Assembly (NCBI GenBank): GCA_010093605.1
Contig: MU004194.1
Span: forward strand, 968,323-1,032,322
From: Lophium mytilinum
Lineage: Eukaryota
Reading direction: 5' to 3'
Length of the DNA: 64,000 nt
Numbering within the stretch: position 1 is the stretch's first letter; each line of letters starts with the position of its first letter. Below the pieces are notes generated by a model that was given only the letters and a program-made list of their open reading frames with translations, was not told the DNA's origin and did not search any database. A program made the translations under genes and the position numbers. This document shows positions 1 through 12,330 of this stretch, in pieces.

Positions 1-1754
1 ACTTGATTCAACTAACCACAATCGCACATCGAGCGGGTACATTGAGAGTTCATGCTGACCTATTCACTCACGCGTTTTAGGATACTCAGAGTAACTCCTC
101 CAAGCGTCGATCAACAAACGGGGGGCCGACCCCTACTCCGTCCTGAATCACTGAGTAATCTTGTTCGTTCGGTAGTTTTTCCGCATCGCGACACGCGATT
201 CCTCTCTCGAGCTTCCTGAACCTCTGACGACTAGTGACCACCTAGAGTGTCTCAGCACGCCCTCTCTCTCCGAAGACCCTCCGATTAGAGCTCGAGCTCT
301 CCCAACTCACCGATACCGAACTTGCAAGATTTGTTGCGCCTCATTGCGTCAGGTTCCGACTCAGACGATGCTCATACCAGAAGGGGACTACCTTTGCAAG
401 GTTCGTAAACTTGGGTTGAAAACTAACCACAAAAACAGCGAGAAAAAAAAATAGACCTGACTGAAGTATCCCTTCATAGTCAGAGGAGCTTCTCAGTTCA
501 TTCAGAAAGCTTATTAGCCTATATAGTACGGTAATTTCCCAGCCTCAACGGTTCTACCTTTCTTTGTTGGCGTTAGGCAGTGGGACCAGACCCCGGCGTT
601 GGTGGAGCGAGCGTACGTGTCTCTCCCGTGTGTTGCTCTGAGGGCGGCTTGGGATGGGGAAGTCGGGATATCGGTGGACTTTTAACAGGGGCGGTTCCCG
701 ATGGAAAATGGTACCTTCTCTGTAGATATCTATCACAAAAAATTCAATGATTTCAAGGGGCCTACGGGTCTCACCAAAAATTCACATTCCCCGATTGCGT
801 GTATGGGATGGTGAGGTTAAGGGGAAAAAGGACGCGGTTTGTTTCTAAATTCAGCATGCAAGTATTGTAAGTTTCTTCTCCGTCGCCAGATCCCCGCATG
901 TATGCCCTTCTGACCCCCGTCCAGGAAGCTTGGCGCGATCTTGCATATTAAAGGAGCCGGGTCCGACGGGTCACGGGCCGAGTCGTGCAATCTCAACTAC
1001 AACTGAACCACAACCCACGGTTAGCGTCTGTCACTCTCTTGGGATGACGCTGGCTACTTTGACCTTTCGAGTCGTGGAGGGCGAGGAAGAGGATACGTCA
1101 TACAAATGAGATAAGGGAGGTATCTCTAGCTTATTGTGACTCGAGTTTCTCTTTGGATTACGATACTAGTGGTAGGATTCATGAATGTCTGGTCTCGTTT
1201 CATTTCATCGATAGGATATATTCCCCCACTACTGTGACCACGGACCCGGAGCAACTACAGAGATCGAACGACTATCGTATTATAAAGGGTCCTACTCTAT
1301 CATATTCCTTTTTTCTCTCAAAATCGTTTCTCCGGGGGTAATTTTGTCCCGTTACTCTTTCCACGTGAAGGCTCCAGGAAGAGGTCGCGGTCAGCCTGCC
1401 AAATAGCCTGGCGCTGGTTTATAGTAATTACCACACCTCCTTGATCCCATCTGAACTGTCCGAGTTCATGTTTTTTGCCTCCAATGAGCACGAAGAGACC
1501 ACAAATGACGCGGGGTTAGCGAGCATGGAGTCCCAAGGGAGAGGGCGAATATCGTGCCGTTAATATATACTTCGGCATTCAGGTGTTGTGAGATACTTGC
1601 TTCCGTGGCTTGCCGGCATGGTGGTATAAATGTACTCGAGCGCTTTCATTATAGATCTAGGTGTTGCATCTATAATCTCTCTCGACTTCCTTAACCTCAG
1701 TCAAGAAAAGAATCTACCTATCCTCTGCCAAGCTTCCCTCCCATCTCACCGACT

Positions 1755-2555
1755 ATGGCATCCCCATCCTATCTTCTCCTCCTCCCAATACTCTCCCACC
1801 TCCCCTCTATAGCCGCCCACGGCCACGTCACCGGCATCGTCGCCAACAACATCTGGTACACCGGCTGGAACGCCGAGATGAAATACCTCACCCCCATCCC
1901 CGCCACAGCCGGCTGGCCCTGCGACAACCTCGACAACGGCTTCATCGCGCCCTCGGCCTTCGCCACCGCCGACATAATCTGTCACAAGTCCGCGACCAAC
2001 GGCCAAGCCTCCGTCCCCATCACCGCCGGCTCCACCCTCTCCTTCGAATGGAACACGTGGCCGGTGTCCCACAAAGGGCCAGTGATCAACTACATCGCCG
2101 ACTGCGGCGGGGACTGCACAACCGTCGACAAGACAACGCTCAAGTTCGTGAAGCTCGACGCTGCGGGCTGGATCGAGGGGAACAATCCGGGCACGTGGGC
2201 GACGGACACGCTCATTGCGAATAATATCACTGCTAGCACGACGATTCCGAAGGATCTGAAGAGTGGGGGCTATGTGGTGAGGCATGAGATTATTGCGTTG
2301 CACGCGGCGGGCCAGGCGAATGGTGCGCAGGCGTATCCGCAGTGTGTGAATATTGAGGTGACGGGGGGTGGGAGTGCTGGGGTGAGTGGGGGGGTGAGCG
2401 CGGAGGGGTTTTATACGTGTACGGATCCGGGGATTTTGTTTGATATTTATACGGCGTTTACGGGGTATGTGATTCCCGGGCCGGCGGTGGTGGTGTTGAG
2501 GAGGAGGGCGGAAGGGGTGAGGAGGCATGTTAGGGAGTGGGTTGGGGGGTGGTAG
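1755..2555 (+). CDS. AA9 (GH61) lytic polysaccharide monooxygenase, secreted, intronless
   Basis: Signal peptide followed by mature N-terminal His (SIAA|HGHV); second His in SHKGPVINYIADC; RHEIIALH and GAQAYPQC motifs; ends YVIPGP plus a short basic tail. Confidence 0.96.
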   Translation: MASPSYLLLLPILSHLPSIAAHGHVTGIVANNIWYTGWNAEMKYLTPIPATAGWPCDNLDNGFIAPSAFATADIICHKSATNGQASVPITAGSTLSFEWNTWPVSHKGPVINYIADCGGDCTTVDKTTLKFVKLDAAGWIEGNNPGTWATDTLIANNITASTTIPKDLKSGGYVVRHEIIALHAAGQANGAQAYPQCVNIEVTGGGSAGVSGGVSAEGFYTCTDPGILFDIYTAFTGYVIPGPAVVVLRRRAEGVRRHVREWVGGW

Positions 2556-4617
2556 GAAGATGAGAGGGAAGGATGGGGGTGGAAGAAAGTGGTGGGCATT
2601 TTTGAGAGATGGAAATGTCGAGATGCATGCGATGCTGGGACGATGAGATGCTGAGACGATAAGAGTTTAAGACAATGAGTTGTTGAGACGGTTCGGGTGT
2701 TTTGGTTGTTCATTTGCATGTGCAATGAGAGTTGGGGTTTGGGTGTTGGGGTTCAGCGAGAAGTGTGTTTTGGAATTTATCGTAATAGGCGACGCTCTGC
2801 TTATGAGTGTGGCCTTGGTAGCAGCTGTTTGATGTTTTATGGAACTATCCCAAAAATCAGGGTCTATTTTATTTTGCGGTTTCCACGTGTTCTTGTCTAG
2901 TCTCGGATTGCTACCACCGCCGACTCAAAGGTTTGATGGCAAATAACACTGAAATGTGTCCACGCGAACTGAAGAATAGGCCTATTGGGGTCGCTGTGAT
3001 GAACTCTTTTCAGTGCCTTAAACTAGGATACATCACTGATACAACGACCAGTGTCGTATTGTGCTTAGAATATTCCAAAATAGGAGGTTTGAAGCGCTGT
3101 ATCTCGTCAAGGATGCATAAGCTACGGTCTCAGACCAGCGGATGTAACACTGAAGATGTGGACGTCACGTGAGCCGTGGCGGTGCAAATGGACTCGTTAC
3201 GTAGGTCCTGTCTACCTAGGTAGATGCCCGAGTCCAAGGTTTCTTTTTGACACATTGGAGAAAACCTCGAAGAATAGGTGAGATGCCAAGACCTGAAAAG
3301 GAAATACAGTGAAAGCAGGAGACATACAAGCTTCTGTGCCTCGATGTCTAGAGCCTAGTGGGTACGAGAGCGTTTCTAGCCATTTGAAGAGGCTAAAATA
3401 TGCTTACTTGAAGCTTCGTACCTTCTCCCTATTCAAGAAAAGCATAGACGGGGATCCCAGCTTGTCCGTCACCGTTTGTGCAAAGCGGCAGACTTGGAGC
3501 GACTCGAATCTTGAGCTGACACTGCTTTTCAGGCCGTCGCCCTGACTGCTGAAACTTCTACATAGTAGATTAATTTGAGTGGTGATACGAGCGGGTACGA
3601 AACTGTGGCGGCCGCGGTGGCTGTGCTGGCCCCCGATGTGCACCTGCAGTACCTGACCTCTAGCGACGCGAATGAAACGAGTCCGAACATAGATATGACA
3701 TCGTGCCGTTGCTAAGGAGCACCGATTGCGGGCCTGACAGGGACTCTGGTGCATGGCGTGGTTATTTCAGGGTCGTCAACTGAAGAGCAGCCACGTCGGG
3801 CGCCCACTGTATCAGCATCCCCAATTGATCGACTTCACTCTCACTACATAGTCCAGTTTCTCCCCGGGGCCCGAGAGCAGGAAGAGGGTCCAGCAGACAA
3901 TGGAGAGGGCCAGCTCCAGCGCCCGTCGAGCTCCAGCTCGCACAAAGAAAACACGAGGGGACGGTTTCGGAACAGCAGGCCGAATCAGAGCGGGGCGCAG
4001 GCCTATCGAAGAGGCATAGCACAAGCGAGCAGGGCGCCTCTGAAGCCCTGGCACTGGAGCACTGGAGCCCTGTCGCCGCTTTTCCGGTGAGCTTGATAGA
4101 GACAGCTGCCGCATGAGGGACTCCATAGCGCTGTTTGGTCGTCACTTCGCAGCATTGCACGAGGCAGCGTGGGCATGAGCAGGACAAAGGAAGCAGCAAC
4201 ACGCAGCAGCACGAGGCTCCTCTCTCCGCACTCTGGACATGAGGCCCAATGTTGGGTGGGGGACAGTTTGGGCGCTGCTTCGCCCTCGCACGGCCTGAGG
4301 AGTGTGGTGAATAGCGAGAATGATGACCCGGTTCGCAAAACGCACTGCAGAATCCCTCGCCCGCCCACAGTGCCCAGGTGCCGCACGCCTCAGGCCAGGG
4401 CTCCCTCTCGCAGCTCGCAGCACCAAGCATTGCCTGCGCCTCTGCCCGCTTGTTGACTCTGCCCACTGCTGCCAATTCGTGCTTGGGTTAGGCGTGTGCG
4501 CTGCGTGGCGGCCAGAGGTGATTTAAGCTAAGCGCTTTTGTTGCTGTCAGCCCCTCAGCCTCCCTCAGCTGGAATAACCACCCACTCGACTACAAGTCTC
4601 CTCCTCCCGCAACATTC

Positions 4618-7038
4618 ATGTCGTCCATGAATGCTCGCTTCAAAAACCTCGTAGGATCGAAGCGCCGATCGAGCAACAACGTCTCGCCCGCAGGCGGCAA
4701 TACTCAGATTCCTCAGCCGCGACCCACCTCTCTCTCGCCCTCAACCTCGAGCACTACCTCGCTGCCCTCGACCGCCATGAACCCCCAGCAAAACCCGCTG
4801 GGACGTCCTCCCTCGTATACCTACGCTCCCCCGGGCGGCCTCGCTCCCGGCCAGCAGCAACAGGGCCGCCCGCACTCTCCACTGCCGCCCATCAACACCG
4901 CCGGCGCCCCCCACGGCTATCCGCCCCAGCAAATGTACCAGCAGCAGCCCCAGGGCCCGCCAGGCTACCCCCCTCCGCAACAGCAGCAGCAGCCGCAGGG
5001 CGGATACGGCGGAGGCTACGGTGCGCCGCCTCCAGCTGCCGCGCCCGCTCCCCAAGGCCCGCAGTCGTACACCAGGCCGGGCGGGGCAGTCGAGGTTGAG
5101 GCTGCGGGACGGTCCAAGGCACAGCTGATTGTCGGCATTGATTTTGTAAGCAGTGTGCATATCGAATGGGCGAATTTGTACTGACTGGACTGCAGGGCAC
5201 CACTTTTTCCGGCGTTGCGTTTGCCTTTGCAACAAACACCGAGGCCAAGGAGGACATCATCACCGAATGGCCAGGCGCGGGCAACCAGACCAAGCAGAAG
5301 GTAGGCCATTGGACCCCGATGAGCCTCACAGTTGCTAACTCACCGACTGCACAGATTCCCACGGTCCTCTACTACGACCAATATCAGAAGGTTGTTGGTT
5401 GGGGCCCGGACATTGCTGATGCTTTAGCTCCCACGGGCTACCCCAAGCCAGGCGTACAGAAGGTAGAATGGTTCAAGCTCCAGCTCATGCTGTCGGGCAA
5501 CACCTACATTGATCCCATTAACCTGCCACCCCTTCCCCCGGGGAAGTCTGAGATCGATGTTGCCGCCGATTATCTGTTCCACCTGCGCCAAGCGATGCGA
5601 AACCAGCTGCAGAAGACGTTGGGCGAGGTTTTCAACCGAGAGGAGCGCAACATTCGATACTACCTGACGGTGCCTGCCATTTGGAATGATGCTGGAAAGG
5701 CCGCCACGCGTGCTGCAGCCATCCAGGCCGGCTTCCTGCGTGACGAGAACGATAACAGGCTGACGCTTATCACCGAGCCCGAAGCTGCGGCCATGTTCTG
5801 CTCCAAAACTGGCCTTCTCAACCTGAAGATGCATGACGCCGTGCTCATTGTCGATTGTGGTGGTGGAACCGTGGATCTGATCGCCTACGAGGTGGAAGAG
5901 GAGCAGCCCTTCTCCGTTGCCGAATGCACAGCTGGGTCAGGTGACTCATGTGGCTCGACAGCCCTCAATCGTAACTTCAGCAACATCCTGCGCGCCAAGA
6001 TCAGGAAAATGAAGTTGCCGGACGGGTCCAAGACAGCTGGGAAAGTCTACGCAAAGTGCATCATGGACTTCGAGAACAGGATAAAGGCCGATTTCCGAAA
6101 CAACGGCCAGAAGTGGGCCGTGGATGTGGGCATTGAGGCCGAGTTCCCTGAAGCCGGCATCGAGGAGGGGTACATGACTTTCACGAACGAGGAGATTTTA
6201 CAGTGCTTCGAGCCTGTGGTAAATAGGATTTTGGAGTTGGTTCGGAACCAGATCATCGCCATTCAAGCGCAGAACAGGGCATTACAAGTAAGTTGCACCA
6301 TACTATTTTACTTACCTTGGTATCGTAAACTAACCATGTCAGAATGTCCTGGTTGTCGGTGGTTTCGGTGCCTCAGAATATCTTTTCCAGCAAATCAAGC
6401 TTCACGTCCCACCTCAATTCCAATCCAAAGTTGTCCGTCCCATGGACTCTGTCGCCGCTATCGTCAAGGGTGCCGTCACCGCCGGTATCACCGAACGTAT
6501 TGTGACGCACCGTGTGGCCCGTCGTCACTACCTTATGGCTACTCTCCAACCCTTCAAGGAAGGTCACCACCCCGAGCAGTACCGTGTGCCGTCTCTCGAT
6601 GGCAAGGACAGGTGCAAGTACACTCGCCAAATTTTCGTGCAGAAGGGCCAGCGTGTTAAGATCGGCGAGCCTGTCAAGGTCTCGTTCTTCCGACAGGTCG
6701 CGCCGGGTGCAACGCTCATGTACGAAGATATCCTGTACGCTTGCGATGACGACGTGTGCCCCGAATATACCAAAGATCCACGTAAGTCGTTTCCTAGTAC
6801 ATCTATGTCTAACCCAATCCATACTAACCTTCATCCAGGTATCAAGGAAGTCGTCACTCTCACGTCGGATTTGTCCCGCAAGAACCTGGAAAAGGATTTT
6901 GAGCGCATGGACACCCCACAAGGCACATTTTACCGCGTCTACTTCGACATCTATCTCACGCTCGATGGTTCGGAATTCAACGCCGAACTAGTGTGTCAAG
7001 GGGAGGTCATGGGCCGCTGTTCTTCAAGGTTTAGGTAA
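4618..7038 (+). CDS. Atypical Hsp70 / actin-like ATPase (HSPA12-like fungal family) with P/Q/G/Y-rich N-terminus
   Basis: VGIDF|GTTFSG, LTVPAIW, ITEPEAAA, VDCGGGTVD and VVGGFGASEYL motifs. GT-AG introns at 5146-5195, 5301-5354, 6288-6342 and 6782-6838 restore one frame. Confidence 0.92.
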
Positions 7039-8129
7039 AGCATTATCGATGGCAAAAGAAAAACGCGTATTGTGCATGCTGGATGAAAGGTAGGCGTGAT
7101 CTGCGTTGTATCGGAAAGCAGAATTGGAAGAAGCGCGGGAAATGGATTCTATTGATGTTGATGATGAGGCGAGAGATTCTCCAAGCATACCCCCAAACTC
7201 GTCAGATCTCTTTTTGGTTGGTCGTTGGCAAGCGAGGTAGCAACAGGCCATGACCCCATCCACCCTATGTTTCATGCCACTGCGTCTGCATGACCGTGGC
7301 ATGTTCGCGCTTGGGGAGTTAGTTTCTGTCTGTTCATAATCCGAGGCGCGTGCGGCGATATTACAGCGGTAGACTTTTATGAGTGTGGATAGTTCCAAAA
7401 TTACAGTCGACTGAGGAAGTGCATTCATAGGACATTATCAGAGCTAACGACTTCCAGAACAGCTCGAGAACAACGAAAAGCTTTGGTAGAGGGCCCCTGT
7501 GCGCCTATACTTAGTATCAAACTCGACTCCGGCTGGTATTTCAGGTATAGCGTGGCCTTGGCGTGATCAACGCAACCACGGACTGACTGCTTCGAGGTCT
7601 GGTCCACGGGTGTTCTACCTCCACCAAGGCGTCAAAGCACCCACCATTCTCATGGAACTCATCGCTCAATCCCGAACCCTATCTTTATTTACCTAGGCAA
7701 AGCTTGGAACAGCGACACCTTGTCTACCGTCAGATTTACAGCTACCTCGACCAACATGCGCGACTTCGCTCCACCAACCTCACGGATTTGCATCGTGATA
7801 GGATCCCTACTGGGGCTTCTCCCGGACCGTAGACTGCCTAATTAAAGAAGTGGACCCTCAACAGTCTCCTTCGTCCTTGCCTTGTTCTATTCTCAGGGTT
7901 TGACTTGCGTAGTAAAGACCCAGCGCGACCTCCTTCCCCACTGCAGCTGTCAAGCCTCAGCTAGATTGTATCCACTTCCAGTGTCATCCAAACTTTAGCT
8001 TTACCGTAGGCACGCCATCGGCTCCTCGTCGAATGCTGTTAAATGTACAATCCCCCCTCAACCGCATGCTCCACCTCCACCTCTTTTTTCCCCTCTGCCT
8101 TCTCCTCCTTGCTATCACACGCAGACACC

Positions 8130-11100
8130 ATGAAGTCTGCAGCTATCGCGGTCCTCGCCTTCGGCGGTGCTGCACTCGCTGCTCCTACTCTTAACCCAGG
8201 CGAGCTTGGCATTCCTGACTCTGCCCAGCTTGTATCCTCCTTGGAGAACTCAGCATCGGCACCTGCTGCTAAGCTGGTTTCAAAAGTCGACCGTGTTGTC
8301 AACGGCAACGAAGGGGCCCAAACCTCGGCGCCCGCGGTACAGGCTGCACAATGGAAGAGAGGCGGCGCAGAATATGAAGATGGCTCAGGGTGAGTTGTGT
8401 TACTCTCATACATCACACCATCAATCATATACGCTTAATGCCACGCAACCCTGACTGTTCCGCCTGTCCACGACACATGGCCTACTACAAAGTGGTACTG
8501 AAGCACCCCAAGCGATGGGAGAAAGATTCACGCCAACGCACCTCCGATTTCTCAACTGAAGTTCATATTTGCTAACTCGTTGACATAGTGATGTGTGCAT
8601 CGGTGGCACAACTCTGGTGACGGTCACCGGTCACGGTGGCTGCCAGGGGGGCAAGCCAACCCCGTACGAAACTCCCAGCTACGAGACTCCTATCTACGAG
8701 ACTCCTAGCTATGAGACTCCCAAGTACGAACAGCACGGCAAACCAACCCCGTACGAAACTCCTAGCTACGAGACTCCCAAGTACGAGCAGCAGGGCAAGC
8801 CCACTCCGTACGAGACTCCCGCGTACGAGCAGTACAGCAAGCCTACCCCGTATGAGACACCCAGCTACGAGAAGCCTGGAAAGCCTACCCCATACGAGAG
8901 CTCTTCCTACGACGCCGGAGAGGCTTCTTGCCAAGGCTGCGGATATGAGGGATTGAAAGGAAAATTCGGCTATCAGTCGACCTCCTCTTCCTCTTCCTCT
9001 TCCTGCTCCTCTCCATACGGTTATCCTGAGGCCACCCCGTACAAGACCAACACCGTGGGGTCCTCTACTTCCAGCTACCATGGAGCCGAAAAGAGTGCCC
9101 ACCCGTACCACCAGCATGCGCATGGGCATGGCGGGTACGAGGCCGAGAGCTCTACATCTAGCTATGAGCAATATAGCAAGTCGACCCCGTATCAGGCTGA
9201 GAGCTCCACTCCTAGCTACAAGCATTTTGGCAAGCCATCCCCGTATCAGGCCGAGACCTACACTCAAGACCTATTCCCCCCGTACCAGGCCAAGACCTAT
9301 TCCACTTCTAGCTACGAGCAGTATGTTAAGCCAACCCCGTACCAGGCCGAGACCTATGGCGCTTTTACCTCCACTTCTAGCTACGAGCAGTCCGGCAAGC
9401 CTACCCCGTATCAGGCTTCGACCTCCACTTCTAGCTACGAGCAATACGTCACGCCTACTCCTACGCCTAAGGCACAGGGTGGGTTCCAATGGTTCGGATG
9501 GTTCTGGAACGGACGCGACAAGACCACTTCAACTTCCGCTTCAACTTCGTGCTCAACTTCAACTCTGTCCTCGACTTCTAGCTATACTCCCGTCTACGGC
9601 TGGGCTGACAAGTCTACTTCAACTTCGTCCTCGACTTCTAGCTCTACTCCCGTCTACGGATGGAATGACAAGTCTACCCCATACGAATCCTCGACTTCAT
9701 GCTCAACTTCAACTTCGTCCTCGACTTCATGCTCAACTTCAACTTCATCCTCGACTTCTAGCTATACTCCCGCCTACGAAAATGTCAAGTCTACCCCCTA
9801 CGAGGCCGAGACTCCCACCCCTACTCCCGCCTACGAGAATGCCAAGTCTACCCCCTACGAGGCCGAGACCCCTACTCCTACTCCCGCCTACGAGAATGCC
9901 AAGTCCACCCCCGAGGCCGAGACCCCCACCCCTACTCCCGCCTACGTGGAGCCCGCGACGCCTGAGGCCGAGACCCCGACTCCCACTCCCGCCTACGTGG
10001 AGCCCGCAACGCCTGAGGCCGAGACCCCGACTCCTACTCCCGCCTGGGTAGATCCCGCCCAGCCCGTAGCCGAGGAAACTCCCGCCACATGCCCAGGCCC
10101 TGAGTGCAAGAAGCAACAGAAGCGCGGCGAAGTCCTCATCGAGGAGGCAACTCCCGCCCCCTACAAGGCGGAGGAGACCCCTGTCTACGAAGCTGAGGAA
10201 ACTCCCTGCAGCAAGAGCGAGTTTGGGAACGGTGGCTATGCCGAGACCCCAACTCCCGCCTACGAGGAGAAGCAGTACGGCAAGCCGACCCCCTATGAAG
10301 TCGAGACCCCAACTCCCGCCTACGAGGAGAAGCAGTACGGCAAGCCAACCCCCTACGAAGTCGAGACATCGACTCCCGCCTACGAACAGCAAGGCAAACC
10401 CTCCCCCTGCCATCACTGCGAGCACAACGAGGGCTTCGAGACTCCCGCCTTTTCGACCCCTGGCTACGGCTACCCTGAGGTAACCCCACCACCTGGGCAG
10501 TACGGCACCTGGACCTCCACTACCACCGGCACTTTCTCTGATCCCACCACCACCTCCAACACCTTCTCAGAGTCTGCCACCACCGTCACCGTCTCCACCA
10601 CCGTGACCGATGCCACCACCGTGACCGATACTGCCATCCCCACCACCGTGACCGTCGCCCTCGAGGCTCGCGGCGGAGGAGGCGTCGGCGGCTACGGAGG
10701 CTACAACAACCATGATTGGGAGACCTCGAGCTCGTCAACTTCGGGCTCCTCGTCCTCGAGCGACCCGGCCACGACCACCTCTAGCAGTTCCGCGACCTCA
10801 GCATCGACCTTCGACGGCACTGCCACCGAGACTGACATTGTTACTGCCACCGAGACCGACGCCACCACTACTGCGACCTCCACCGTAGCCACCGTGACCA
10901 TGACCGATGCGGCTGGCCTCTTGCCCCGTGGCGGAGGCTACGCCAACGGTTACGGCAATGGCAACGGCTACGGCCACTATGGCGATGCGCATGAGTGGAC
11001 CACTACTGAGTCCTCAAGCTCGAGCTCGTCAACCTCGGGCTCTTCCTCGAGCGATCCGGCTACGACTACCTCGAGCAGTTCCGCCACCTCAACGTCGACA

Positions 11101-12330
11101 TTCGATGGCACTGCTACCGAGACCGACATTATTACTGCTACCGAGACCGATGCCACCACCACTGCCACCTCCACCGTAGCGACTGTCACCGTGACCGATG
11201 CCGCCGGCCTCTATCCCCGCGGTGGCGGGAAGCATGGCTATGGCAGCTATGATTACGGCTACATTGATCACCGCACTGAGTTTTCGTCCACAACCTCGAG
11301 CTCCGCAACCTCGAGCTCTGCAACCTCAAGCTCCACAAGCTCCTCAACTTCGAGCGACCCCGCGACGACCACGTCCAACTCGAGCCAGTCTAACTCAGCG
11401 ACCGTGACCGAGACTACAACCTCTACCGAATCCGAGACGGCCACAGTCACTGATGACGTTACTGCTACCGATACTGTGACGGCTGCTATCTTCCGCCGTG
11501 GCGGAGGAGGCGGCTACGGCAACTATGGCGACGAATGGGCCACACCCACGGAGTCCTCGTCCTCAACCTCAAGCTCCTCATCCTCGAGCTCGACCGCCAG
11601 TTCCACCTCCTCGAGCTCGTCTGACTCGGCCACCGTCACCATGACCACTACCTCGACTGAGACCGAAACGGCCACAGCGACCGATGACGTTACGGCCACC
11701 GACACCGTGACTGCGGCGGCCGCCACACAAGCCCGCGCTTTCTTCCCCCGTGGCGGAGGCTACGGCAACTACGGCGGCGAATGGGCCCACCACACCGAAA
11801 CCGAGTCCTCCACTTCCTCCACTTCCTCCTCCTCCTCCTCGAGCGGCGACCCCACCTCAACCAGCTCCAGCAGTTCCGCCACCTCTACCGGGACCGGCAG
11901 CTCTACCATGACGACCACGGCCACGGCCACAGCCACGGCGACGGCTACCACCACTGCCACTACCACTGCGGCGGCAGTTGCCTCCGCGGCAGACGGTGTC
12001 CTCTTGGCCCGCGGCGCATCCGCCACCGACATCGCTAGCACCTCAACTGGCTGGCCTGCTATGTCGATTAATACGAAGCCTGTCAGCGTCCGCCACGCCG
12101 TGCTGCCTACTCTGGAGGACCGCGGCCTTTTCTGGGACCGCACCAAAACCGAGCCAGCGGCTAAAACCAAGGTCTACCCGACGGCGACTTACGAGTACAA
12201 GGTCGTGGGGCCGACGGATAACCGCAAGACGGTCGTCGTGGACGCGACCGAGACGCACTGGCCGCAGTACTGGGAGCCGACGGAGATCTGGGGCAAGTCA
12301 GAGGCGAAAGCGACGGCGACGGCCGCGTGA
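8130..12330 (+). CDS. Secreted ~1,330-aa Ser/Thr/Pro/Tyr-rich modular repeat protein with recurrent R|G putative processing sites
   Basis: Signal peptide MKSAAIAVLAFGGAALA|AP at 8130; intron 8390-8588 (GTGAGT...GCTAAC...TAG) joins in frame to the 1245-aa ORF; no obvious GPI signal at the C-terminus. Confidence 0.88.
8650..11990 (+). repeat. Coding tandem repeats inside the secreted repeat protein
   Basis: YETPS / GKPTPYETPSYETPKYEQ units (~8650-8900), PAYENAKSTPYEAETPTPT units (~9770-10040), TPAYEEKQYGKPTPYEVET x2 (~10250-10380), and five R-GGG-(Y/G head)-Ser-run-Thr-run modules (~10670-11990). Confidence 0.9.

Noticed and set aside
1..1450. Non-coding stretch with a repeated ACTAACCACA (11-20, 422-431) and small hairpins; considered telomerase RNA, rDNA spacer or transposon remnant
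   Set aside because: No telomere-template match, terminal repeats or recognisable coding remnant; cannot be supported without a search.
1746..2528. 260-aa antisense ORF over the LPMO, and similar shadow ORFs over the repeat protein, DRS1 and the PAN gene
   Set aside because: Explained by codon bias and high GC of the real gene on the other strand or frame; no motifs.
3300..4530. Cluster of overlapping ORFs up to 237 aa upstream of the Hsp70-like gene
   Set aside because: GC-rich promoter-type sequence with low-information translations and no coherent gene model.
8650..10400. Regularly spaced direct repeats considered as a CRISPR-like array
   Set aside because: Eukaryotic context, repeats are in-frame coding units without unique spacers, and no cas genes.
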